NCBI GenBank assembly: GCA_002269645.1
Contig: NIVC01002355.1
Span: 62,001 to 126,000 of the forward strand
From: Macrostomum lignano
Lineage: Eukaryota
Reading direction: 5' to 3'
Length of the DNA: 64,000 nucleotides
This document shows, in pieces, positions 24,948 through 35,376 of this stretch. The notes below the pieces were generated by a model. The model was not told the origin of the DNA. It saw only the letters and a program-made list of their open reading frames with translations, and did not search any database. Position 1 is the stretch's first letter. Each line of letters opens with the position of its first letter. The position numbers and the translations under genes are program-made.

Positions 24948-25693
24948 ATGCCCTCGAAAACTCTACTCTTAGCTTTGGTGGTCATCCTGGCTGCTCGACC
25001 GTCAACTCAGGATCCTGTTTTTCAAGTGGTAAAAATGGGTGCATCTGAGGCTCCAGCGGTCGCTAAATCCGTGCCCGGCTTCAGTGCGATCGACTGCGCT
25101 ATGAAAGGCGCTGAAACTACTGGCTGCTTTGGCTTTAATTGGCTGCAAAATCTTTGTGGTCTTTTTAACATTAGCTCCTATGAGAATGCCTGGACGGGCT
25201 GCAACAACTGCGACGTTTTTATTCTACCTAGTAAGTAAAATTTTCGACTCATATCTATAACATAGAGATGTAGTTTTGTATTGCCGTATTGAAATTTTCA
25301 GTGCCCCAGAAGAAGAGAGCAGCCAACTGCACGCAGAGTTCCACGTACTCCACTACGAATCACCTAAGCGTTTGCGAGAGCGCGATTGACGGAAACAGGT
25401 CGCAGCTGACAGCTCTCTGCAGCATCACGCAAAATGGTCCAAACGAGTGGTGGGAAGTGGAATTGGTCAACGCTACTTGGATCAAGTATGTCACCATCTA
25501 CAACAGGCAGGAGTGCTGTCAGGAGTGGCTCAACAAATTATCGCTGCAGGTGGACGGCGTCGAGTGCAACCGAGTGAACCTGACGGTGCCCTTCTCCATT
25601 GGAAACTTCAGCTGCAACGCCTTCGGGAGCCGAGTTCGAGTCCAAAGTCTCGTCACAAATTATCTAATTTTGTGCGAAGTTGAGGTATACTAA
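24948..25693 (+). CDS. Secreted PAN/Apple + F-type lectin protein, copy 3, with non-canonical sugar-binding triad (exons 24948-25230 and 25302-25693; 71-bp phase-1 intron)
   Basis: Signal peptide MPSKTLLLALVVILAA; donor A|GTAAGT and acceptor TTTTCAG|TG in frame; F-lectin hallmarks AIDG, WW, YNR.ECC, LCEVEV; CSHT changed to CSIT and the last Arg changed to Trp. Confidence 0.88.
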
Positions 25694-26439
25694 AATTCTG
25701 CGGCATCATTCTTAGTTCGAATAGCTTGTGGCTGAACAATGATTTGCAATCGCTAAATTAGCAAACGTACGAGCGTATAGAATCAAAGAACCGCTTAAAT
25801 TGTAGGTGATATTTTTACTTGTTTTTGTGCACTTCTTAAAAATTTTTATCCTACAACGTATATATCTTCACTCCAACTTAAAGCCAAAAAGTGATAGTCT
25901 TAGATTTCAGCTTTGATATTTTCTACTTTTCTGCTAATTTTAAAAACAAATTATTCTTCTAACCCTTTATTCCACTTCAAACTTTTTTAAGTTTTCAAGT
26001 TCTCAAAAAGTTATTCTACATTACGAGTATTCAATAAAACTGGACTTCGAATAATTCCAACTATATGGATAGCTACGTCAGGACTCCGTCTCAAAAATTA
26101 TTTTTCCTTTACCAGCCGTAGATGCAACCAACTCTGACGCATTCAAATATATAAAAAAAAGTAAAAGCGTGGATTCTTAAGCCTCAATTAAAAATTCCGA
26201 AACGTTGAAGAGTGCTTCAATCATAAATCGACACACCAATAGCCGCTGATTTACCCAACTTACTCGACATCGCTGGGAAATGCTTTTTCACACATTACGC
26301 CGACGAATGCCGAAATTATACGTCAGCTGAACGGCAGTGCAATTTAAAAGTACCAATTTGCTAGCCAAATCGATGTGTTGGAAAGTCGAGAGGTCGGACA
26401 GCGCTGCTGACATCGGATTGATGCACGGGAGTGCATTTA

Positions 26440-27785
26440 CGAGGTGTATTCAAAAAGTTCTTTTCGGTGCCTTACAAAACTGAACACAAAACAACTGGAA
26501 CTATGAAAACACTGTTAGATTGCTTAACATGATTCTGTCACTCAACATATTCACCGCCAATGTCTTTGCACTTCTGCCAGCGATTTACCAGGCCTCTGAT
26601 TCCGGAACTCACACCACTCGCGTCCGTTTGGCGAACAGCTTGATTGCATGCAGCTTCGATGTGCTCGACGCTGTCAAATCGAATGCCCCGAAGGTGCTTC
26701 TTCACAGATGGAAATAAGAAGAAATCGCACGGCGACAAATCAGGCGAATAGGGTGGATGTTGGAGCACTTCCCAGCCCCATTTGCTCAGGAGTTCCACGA
26801 CGTTGTGCTTGCGATGTGCTGGCGCATTGTCGTGCAGCAGGATCACGCCAGATTCCAGCAGACCAGGGCGCTTCTTTCGTATTGCTGGGCGCAGCTTCTC
26901 CTGCAGAATCCACTTGTAGTAGTCCCCATTGACGGTGGTTCCTTGTGGGACTGCCCAGTTCAGCAGGATTCCTTGGGAATAAAAAAACATGACGTGCATG
27001 ATCTTTATCGCGCCCTGCTTCCTGATGGCCTTCTGAGGTCTTGGAGAATGTGCTGGAAGCCATTCGGCAGACTGGGCCTTTGTCTCAGGATCCCAGCTGT
27101 AAACCCACGTCTCGTCTCCAGCAACAATTCTTGATAGAAAATCCTCCCCTTCTCGATGGAACCGACGCAGGTGGCTGCTTGAAGCCAGAGTTCGCTGCAT
27201 CTTTTGCTCACCTGTCAGCAGGTGTGGCACCCACTTGCAGAACTTTTTCTGTAGGAGAAGACGCTCAGTCAGAATAGTGTGGACGCTTCCTACTGACACA
27301 CCAACGTCTTCTGCCAACTCTTCGCAAGTCCGTCGCCGATCATCATCCAAGAGCTCTTGCACTTTCTTCGCAACAGTCTCTTTGGTTGCAGTCATCGGCC
27401 TTCCAGAGCGGCCATTGTCCTCAACGCTCTCTCTTCCCTCAGCGAACAGCCGGTACCATTTTCGAGCTGTCTGCTCAGTTGGTGCACAGTTGCCAAGCAC
27501 TTGCTGAAGCTCCCTAAACATATCCGGTGGCTTTTTTCCTTGCAGAAACTGAAACTTCATCAAGCTTCGAACGTCTTGCTTTGAAAATGATTCAGCCATG
27601 GCCAAGAAATTGAGTGGCAGCTGATAGAAATGTTCGCTGCTCTAACATAGTTGCAAACTGAGACTTAAAACCCTAGGAACGTTTAGGCCATAGACATAAC
27701 TTGGTAAAATCGCTAAAATTCTGTTTACAACGCTTTTTAAAAATAAATGCCAAAGGACCGAAAAGAACTTTTTGAATAAACCTCG
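26440..27785 (-). mobile_element. Full-length mariner DNA transposon (1346 bp), TA TSD
   Basis: ~30-bp TIRs CGAGGTGTATTCAAAAAGTTCTTTTCGGT / CGAGGTTTATTCAAAAAGTTCTTTTCGGT with 1 mismatch; TA at 26438-39 and 27786-87. Confidence 0.96.
26538..27605 (-). CDS. Mariner transposase, DD34D, uninterrupted 355 aa
   Basis: WVPHLL, GDETW, HDNA and YSPDLSPCD motifs with exactly 34 residues between the 2nd and 3rd Asp; N-terminal HTH region. Confidence 0.96.
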   Translation of the reverse strand: MAMAESFSKQDVRSLMKFQFLQGKKPPDMFRELQQVLGNCAPTEQTARKWYRLFAEGRESVEDNGRSGRPMTATKETVAKKVQELLDDDRRRTCEELAEDVGVSVGSVHTILTERLLLQKKFCKWVPHLLTGEQKMQRTLASSSHLRRFHREGEDFLSRIVAGDETWVYSWDPETKAQSAEWLPAHSPRPQKAIRKQGAIKIMHVMFFYSQGILLNWAVPQGTTVNGDYYKWILQEKLRPAIRKKRPGLLESGVILLHDNAPAHRKHNVVELLSKWGWEVLQHPPYSPDLSPCDFFLFPSVKKHLRGIRFDSVEHIEAACNQAVRQTDASGVSSGIRGLVNRWQKCKDIGGEYVE

Positions 27786-29339
27786 TAGCAGTGACAAAAA
27801 TGTCAAGGAGTTGGAATTTCATCGTTGATTGACTGGTAAAAGTTAAAGTTGTGCTGGGTAAGCGTACATGGGGAAGGCGTTGTTTTATTGTTTTATCCTA
27901 ATGCGGTGGTCCCATTCTCATTTTTACGCTCGTATAACTCCCCTCTAGCCTGCAGAAAGGACTGAAAAACGCACAAATGTGCTGAACTGACATTCTTGAA
28001 CACGTAGTCGATCAAAAACGAAATAAACGAGACAGGTAAAGTAGTAGCAAATGTGGTCTGAAATCTTAAAATATAATAAAGTACACTCGTAATAAAATCG
28101 TCCCGAGTTTCTGTCTTGTACGAAAGGGCCTCAGCATTGTGCGATTTAAATGCTGTTTAAGTAAAACAAATAATTAAATACTAAAACAAAGTTCCGTTTC
28201 ACTAGCTCGTATTCGTGTAGTTTTCTATGGATTCTAATGCGAAAACATTACTGACGACAGTAGCATATTGCTAAAGTCTGCCACTTAGTCGGAGCTGTGG
28301 CCTGAAACAACAGAGGGCACTGCTGAGGACTGGGCCAGTTTTGGCTTGAGACAGCATGAGGCGCGAACCTCAGACCAAAAGCAGAATTCAGATAAAAAAT
28401 GGTAAACATATGAGATACATGAAACAGTGGGAGAAATGAGGAAATGTTTGTAATGGTAGCACTTTGTTAAATAGTATACGACTTGGAAAATTAGACATAG
28501 TATGATATATCATCATCGATTTACTTTGACAGCTAGTACGATATGTATTTGTGAAATCGAATTTCTCTATCCTAAATTCACTATAATAAGCGTATTAGCG
28601 ACGGCAAACACCAATGGGAAGCTTTTTGGCAAACGGTAAAACAAATAAAATCAATGTCCAACAGTTCGCACCTGCTTCAATTCAGGCCTTTTACTGGTTG
28701 TTAACTTGCTGTTAACTAGGAGTAAATATCACCCCGTAAAAATATAATTTAAAATTGATTGAAACAGTGGTAAACGAGTAAAGTCGGCGCTCTCAAATTT
28801 AAAAGTTTGCTTTTCATCGGCAAATCATCGTTAAGAGACTTATCGAGTTTGGCGGGGAAAAAACTGAAACCAATAGGAATCGACAAGAATGACAGTATAA
28901 AATAGTTCATTCGTTCTCGTATCTAAAGAGCACTCCACTAAAGAACTTTAGCAAAAATGTGTTCCACAATCCTATTCTCGTGGCTAATACTCGTAATTTT
29001 ATCATTCAACAGCTCGCAGTAGGTCAAGTTTGATTTGGTTAAAAAGGACAGCGGCACAGCTTCAACTGCCATGGAGGCTGCATCAGTCGGCAATAGAGTA
29101 GCCTGTGCAGTCAGGTGTAGCCAACAGACAGCTTGCTTCGGTTTCAGCTGGGTAACGCAATCTGTGCAGGCTGTTCAATGTCAGTGCCTATCTTCGAGCA
29201 GACTGGCAAAATTCATCCAAATGTAGCCTCTACACACGAGCTTACGAAAAAGGTATGCTTTACTAATTGCCGCTGCAAATCGACGCGACAAGAGGCCATG
29301 AGGGAAGCCTGAGGTAGCCCATAGTTTTAGCAATACCCT

Positions 29340-30712
29340 GATGGGCGTCGCCATGGATTTTATGGTGGGGGGACAAAGCCAAGAATTCTACATTTTTTAA
29401 TCCTACATCCTACTCATTTTAGCACCGCAGGCACTCATTTTAGCACCGCAAGCATTCATTTTAGCGCCGCAGGCACTCATTTTAGCGCCGCAGGCACTCA
29501 TTTTAGCGCCGCAGGCACTCATTTTAGCGCCACAGGCACTCATTTTAGCGCCACAGGCACCATTTTAGCACCGCAGGAACTCATTTTAGCGCCAAAGGCA
29601 CTCATTTTAGCGCCGCAGGCACTCATTTTAGCGCCGCAGGCACTCATTTTAGCGCTGCAGGCACTCATTTTAGCGCCGCAGGCACCATTTTAGCGCCGCA
29701 GGAACTCATTTTAGCGCCGCAGGAACTCATTTTAGCGCCGCAGGCACTCATTTTAGCGCCGCAGGCACTCATTTTAGCGCCAAAGGCACTCATTTTAGCG
29801 CCGCAGGCACTCATTTTAGCGCCACAGGCACCATTTTAGCGCCGCAGGAACTCATTTTAGCGCCGCAGGAACTCATTTTAGCGCCGCAGGAACTCATTTT
29901 AGCGCCGCAGGAACTCATTTTAGCGCCGCAGGCACTCATTTTAGCGCCGCAGGCACCATTTTAGCGCCGCAGGCACTCATTTTAGCGCCGCAGGCACTCA
30001 TTTTAGCGCCGCAGGCACTCATTTTAGCGCCACAGGCACTCATTTTAGCGCCACAGGCACCATTTTAGCACCGCAGGCACTCATTTTAGCGCCGCAGGAA
30101 CTCATTTTAGCGCCGCAGGAACTCATTTTAGCGCCGCAGGAACTCATTTTAGCGCCGCAGGCACTCATTTTAGCGCCGCAGGCACCATTTTAGCGCCGCA
30201 GGCGCTCATTTTAGCGCCAAAGGCACTCATTTTAGCGCCGCAGGAACTCATTTTAGCGCCGCAGGAACTCATTTTAGCGCCGCAGGCACTCATTTTAGCG
30301 CCGCAGGCACCATTTTAGCGCCGCAGGCGCTCATTTTAGCGCCAAAGGCACTCATTTTAGCGCCGCAGGCACTCATTTTAGCGCCACAGGCACTCATTTT
30401 AGCGCCACAGGCACCATTTTAGCGCCGCAGGAACTCATTTTAGCGCCGCAGGCACCATTTTAGCGCCGCAGGAACTCATTTTAGCGCCGCAGGAACTCAT
30501 TTTAGCGCCGCAGTCATTCATTTTAGCGCCGCAGGCACTCATTTTAGCGCCGTAGGCGCTACGTTTTTGTCGCTATGCAGCAAAATTATTGATTTCCACA
30601 ATGGGCCACAAGGTGGGGTGGGGGGCACAAAGCACTGGCATGTCCCCCCAGATCTTTTACTGGGGGGGGGGGACATGTCCCCCCTGTCATCCACCCGTTG
30701 GCGACGCCCCTG
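29340..30712. mobile_element. Non-autonomous hAT-type MITE with 8-bp TSD and internal 20/21-bp tandem array (~55 x GGCACTCATTTTAGCGCCGCA, 29410-30560)
   Basis: Termini GATGGGCGTCGCCA / TGGCGACGCCCCTG (12/14 match); AATACCCT at 29332-29339 and 30713-30720. Confidence 0.88.
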
Positions 30713-31656
30713 AATACCCTAATATAAACAGGAAAACTTGAAAAGTCTGGTTCCGTACAGCAATCCGACGCTACATTTCATCGACGGATATCGACGGATA
30801 AAGACGTCATACGTCGGTTGAACGTCGGTATAATGTAGAAATACATATTTGTCAGCCAACATCGGATTGCTGTACGGGATTCCGTTGTGCGGGACACTGT
30901 TATTGGTATTCTTACGAGCTAGCATCAGTACAAATTAGCATTTACATGTATATGCTCGTATGGTTTAAAACGCATTCCAGAACGCGCTGTTCTACGTACC
31001 ACCGGCTGTAACCAGAGCTCAATGCACACAACGCATAGCTGTGACCTGGCCATCGATGGCAACAGGGACCAGTTCAATTCTAGCATTTGCAGCGCTACAG
31101 AGTCTGCCGCCAACCAGTGGTGTGGGAGATGCAGCTCGCAAAGAAACAACACTTAGCCAACAGGGCCAAAAGCAGCAAGAGGGAAGGCACAGGCGTGGCG
31201 ACAAAGTCAGCGGACGAAACGAGTCCTGCGATAGCGAATATATTTTAGGATTTGAGGCGATTAAAAGGGAAGTCACGAAGCAACGGAATAAAAGCATTAC
31301 AAGAAAATTAATAAAAAAAATTTTACGAGCCAAAGCGCTCTCGCAGCGCGCACGAGAGAGCGTGAGCGCACAAATAAAAGGGGGCCGACGCCGCCCACCC
31401 CCAACCCAACACCCCCGCCTGCCGGCCGGCACCCAGCACCCCACCTTGCGGCAGGGATGCACACGCGCGGGCCGCACGCACAGACGGGCGGAGGGGGCGG
31501 CACCGTCGGCTAAACACGATTACAGAGCCGGTTAAAACCGGCCCCTGAAATCGCAACCTTAGCCAACAGGGCCAAAAGCAGCAAGAGGGAAGGCACAGGC
31601 GTGGCGACAAAGGCAGCGGACGAAACGAGTCCAAAAATCCCAAACCAGGGAGGAGG

Positions 31657-32685
31657 TCACGTTGAGGGGAGGAGTGAAGCCAGGCGCAGCGGCGCACCGC
31701 GCTCAACCGAAGGCGGTAGGTACCGCTCTACAGCGCTGCTTGCCCAGTCACCGACTCGCATGATTGAATCGATGGGGATGCCGGCCTCCGCCGCGGATGT
31801 AGCGCCACCTCGACGCAACGAGTGCCCAGAGAACCTGGCTGGCTCGGCGAACCCGGCCTGTCGAAGTGCCGCGGACAGGCGCCTCGCGAAGGTGCGCGCG
31901 GTGAGCGGTGCGGTGGACCGTCTGTTTCGGGTACTGAACAAGTGATGCTGGGCGTCCTGCGGTCGGTTAATGCGCAGCTGCTTCTGGAGCGCGGTGACCG
32001 GGCAGAGTGGATGTCCGTCTGGGAGCTGCGGCAAGAAAACTCGGTGCTGGCGCGCCCCGAACTGGTTGGTCTTTGACCTCGGAATGACGAGGATGACGCC
32101 CGCCCTTGACGGCCGGATGCAGCTCGCACTGAGGTCTCGCTGCGGATCGAACCGGCCGGATACGCACAGGTTGGCTCGCCGCAGCATGGCCCACCAGCCC
32201 ACGATGCAGGCGCACCAGAATGCGCAGTCCCTGGGCTCTTCAGGTCGCAGCACGCCGTGCAGCCGCTGCAGGTCGGCCGGCCGCAACGCTCGTTTGCTCC
32301 TTGGGGCGGCGCCGAGGAGCCGGCGGGCGCCGCGCAGGGCCAGCTGAACCAGTGGCTGCCTCATCGGGTCAGCCACGCTGTTTGATTTGTAGAGCCAGGA
32401 CACGGCGGCGAGGTGGCAGGATAGGCTGCTGACTGAGAACAGCCGGTTGTTCGCCAGCTCCGCCAGGTAGTTGCACACGTCGGCGGGCTGCGCTGACAGC
32501 GGTTGAAGTCTGTGGGCGGCGCAGAATCGCATCCAGGACGTGCACTGGCTGGCGTAGGCGGAGCGAGTTGAGCTGGCGAAGCCTTGGCTGAGCAGTCGAC
32601 GTGCCGGTGCGGAGAGGCCGGGAACCGGGACCACAGGAGGCGGACCTGAAACAGAAGGTGGGAGGCAGCGGCAGAGCTCAAGCAA
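31657..32685 (-). CDS. Tyrosine recombinase of the Ngaro element
   Basis: Catalytic residues R (AMLRRANL), K (SKTNQ), HSLRRGGA, GDW, and Y (VERYL); ORF uninterrupted but its first ATG lies inside the N-terminal core-binding region. Confidence 0.93.
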   Translation of the reverse strand: MLELCRCLPPSVSGPPPVVPVPGLSAPARRLLSQGFASSTRSAYASQCTSWMRFCAAHRLQPLSAQPADVCNYLAELANNRLFSVSSLSCHLAAVSWLYKSNSVADPMRQPLVQLALRGARRLLGAAPRSKRALRPADLQRLHGVLRPEEPRDCAFWCACIVGWWAMLRRANLCVSGRFDPQRDLSASCIRPSRAGVILVIPRSKTNQFGARQHRVFLPQLPDGHPLCPVTALQKQLRINRPQDAQHHLFSTRNRRSTAPLTARTFARRLSAALRQAGFAEPARFSGHSLRRGGATSAAEAGIPIDSIMRVGDWASSAVERYLPPSVERGAPLRLASLLPST

Positions 32686-32699
32686 GCGGAGGCAAGCAA

Positions 32700-34368
32700 G
32701 CTGGTTGGCACATAGCAGGTGCCATAGAAGCGAAACAGAAAGTTGGCAAGCTGGCTGGGGTCATGCGCTCTGGACAGCGGGTCTGCGAGCAGCTGGAAGC
32801 GGCCAGGCACATGGTGCGCGCGGACGATGATGTCGCGTTGAATGCAGGTCAGGGCGACGCGCTTCTGCAGGTCGGCAATACCTTGGTGCTTGGCGGAACC
32901 CGAGTTAATGATGCCGCAGGCGGCGGTGCTGTCAGTGTAGACTGCAACCGAGCAGCCGCTGAAGGCTTCTTGGTGCTGCAGAATCGCAACCAGCGGGGCG
33001 GCGCACTCCTTGAGGTTGATGTGCAGCTCCTTGAACGCGCCATCACAGTCGGACTGCCAGTCGATGTAGAGCCAAACCGGTTCTCTGTCGACGAAATGCA
33101 GCACAGCACCGCCTCCAATGTCAGGCGTCAGACTCAATCGCTCCAGCCGGCCGACGCGAGGGCCAGGCAGCTCTAGGCGGCAGCGTGCTCAACGCGGTCA
33201 TCCACCACCTCAGCTGCAACTGGAGCTCCTCCGTGACGCCGACCCTGTCGGACGGATGCGCCAGGCTGTTGACCAGCTCGATCAGCGGCCGCAGGAAAGT
33301 TCGCCCGTGCTGGGCGGCAGTGCACAAGTGGCTGAGGTGTCCGAGCAGCTTCTGCAGTTCCGCCTTGCACAGGCTCCTCCGCGAGAGGCAGGTGTCAAGA
33401 AGCTGAAGCTTTTCGGCTTTGTCGGCTGGGAAGGAAAGACTGGCTTGCACGGTGTCGATGTCAATGCCGAGGAATCGCAGCTTTGTCGTCGGCGGCACCG
33501 ACTTTTTCTCGTTGATGGTGAAGCCAAGCCTGGTGAGCAGGTTGCGCAGCTCGTGGTAGGCCCTGTCACACTCGGCTTTCGTCCTGGCCATGACGAGGAA
33601 GTCATCGATGAAAACGACGGTTGCCAGGAACCCCTTGCGACACATCATTCGCCGGGCCGCTTGCGTGAGGCGATGGAAAATGCTGACGGAGGCTCTGCTG
33701 CCGAATGGTAACCGCGTATCCACCAGGAAGGTTGAGCAGCCATTGCCGAAGTCCCAGTGGATGCCGGTGGCTTGGTAGCACTGCGGAGAAATTGGCACGC
33801 TGCGGTAGGCTGACGCGATGTCCACCTTTGCCATAAACCAGCCGGGCTGCATCATCCTGACGGCCTCGTCGACGGAGGTGAAGCGGAGACGCCGTTGTTG
33901 GGCATAGTGATCGTTCAGGCTGCAGCCGCGAGGGACGGAGCAATCATGGATTAGCCGGATGCCGGAGCTGTCTTTCGGAATGGCTCCCAGCGGACAGACC
34001 ATCGCAGGCTTGTCCACGACTGGGACGTACCTCCCGAGCCGGATTTCTTCTCCGATAACAGCTTGGACTTGGTCGCGATTCCGGTTGACGGACTGGTAGT
34101 TGCTGCAGAGACACGGCGTAAAGTCGAAGTCATCGACAATGGAGAAGCCGCTCTCGATGCCGTCGAGAATAAAATCAGCGTCGGGGTCGCCCACAAGCTC
34201 GGAGCGCCAGGCGTCGATGCAGAGATCGCCCACTGGCTGCGTCAGATCGGACATCCGCACTGGAGGCTTGACGATGCAGGGCACGGGAGCGGGCTGAGCG
34301 AGGCAGTTAAAAGCAGGAGGGGTAAAATCGGTTTCGCGCGCCGTGTCGGCGCGCTTGCTCAGTTTTTT
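32700..34368 (-). CDS. Pol (reverse transcriptase + DIRS-type RNase H); one frameshift at ~33125
   Basis: RLIHDCS, KVDIASAYR, RLPFG, FIDDFL and FLGIDID in RT; ESDA/DIGGGAV...HINLKE...YTDST...HVPG..QLLADPLSR in RNase H; frame is open back to the slippery site at 34368. Confidence 0.92.
34336..34368 (-). promoter_or_regulatory. Putative -1 programmed ribosomal frameshift signal
   Basis: A_AAA_AAC heptamer (34368-34362) directly before the gag TGA; 7-nt spacer; perfect 8-bp GC hairpin GCGCGCCG-ACA-CGGCGCGC (34354-34336); the -1 frame is the RT frame. Confidence 0.75.
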
Positions 34369-35376
34369 GCGTGATTTTGCTCGGAGTGGCTGCCCTCACA
34401 GATTCGGCAGGCATGGAGGAATCGGCAGTTGCTCCTCATGCAGCCGTTGGTGCTGTTGAAGGACAAGCACAGCTCGCGGCCTGAGGATGTCCGCGGACCC
34501 ATGACGCGGCTCTTGTTGCTAGGCTGGTTTCGCTTGGCTGTCTGATTGTACTGGTCCGTCTTAATGCTGAGCAGGTGCCTGATCGACATCTGGGCGCAGT
34601 CTTTGCCCCAGCGAAGGCTGTTGGCTGCGCGGTGCTGGCGGTAGTCATGGTCGAATCTGATGAATCTGGTGCGCTGGGAATCTGTCGAATAGCTCGGCCA
34701 CCTGGACATTGTACTGGGCGTAATCTTTGACTTGCTCAGTTGTGCTGTACACTTGGCCCTTACTGGTCACCTGCGGCGCTGTGTCTTCAAGTATCTGAAG
34801 CAGGACCTTCATACTGCCGGCGAACCACTGCCCAATTGTCATGCCGTCCAGCTTGGTCGTCGACTTCTTGAGCACGAGGCCGCCAGAGCTGCCCCTGGTG
34901 AGCAGCTCGTCAGCCTGGCCTGACAGATCATTGACAAAGTCTCTGACGAGTAGACACGGCTGCCCGACCGGCCGGGGGTTGGCTCTAGCGCTGACGGGGC
35001 CTGTTGGGTTGATAAGTTCAGCGAAAAGATTCTGCTGCTCACCTGATTCTGTACGAGCAGTCACGACGGCGCGTTCACGAAGCTCTCGCTCGCGTGTTTG
35101 AAGCTCTAGGAGCTGCAGCCGTTTCTGCGCCCGCCGAATCTCGCCGTCCAGGTCCGCCTCCCGTGGGTCCCGGCCTTGGTCTTGGAGCTCCTCCTGCGCA
35201 CAGGGCGATGCCGATGCCGATGTCAATGCCGATGTCCCGCCGTCTTGAAGCTGTGACTGCCCCTCGTGTTGTCTCAGTCTGGCTTGCAAGGCCGACTTAT
35301 TGCCTGCGGTTGAGAGGCCTCAGCTACCCAGCTCACTCTTGAGTTGTTTGACTGTTAGTCGGTCCACACGATGCAT
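34359..35376 (-). CDS. Gag (ORF1): N-terminal SAP domain, coiled coil, C-terminal Cys/His finger; disrupted by TGA at 35322-35320 and a +1 shift at ~34660
   Basis: MHRVDRLTVKQLKSELGS*GLSTAGNKSALQARL fits the SAP consensus; CLSFNSTNGCMRSNCRFLHACRICEGSH is a DIRS/Ngaro-type Gag finger. Confidence 0.82.

Noticed and set aside
29410-30560. CRISPR-like appearance of this and other regular arrays
   Set aside because: No unique spacers, no cas genes, eukaryotic context
32601-34374. Plus-strand ORFs overlapping the retrotransposon (e.g. 32601-33176, 33118-33711)
   Set aside because: Antisense shadows of GC-rich pol sequence with no domain motifs
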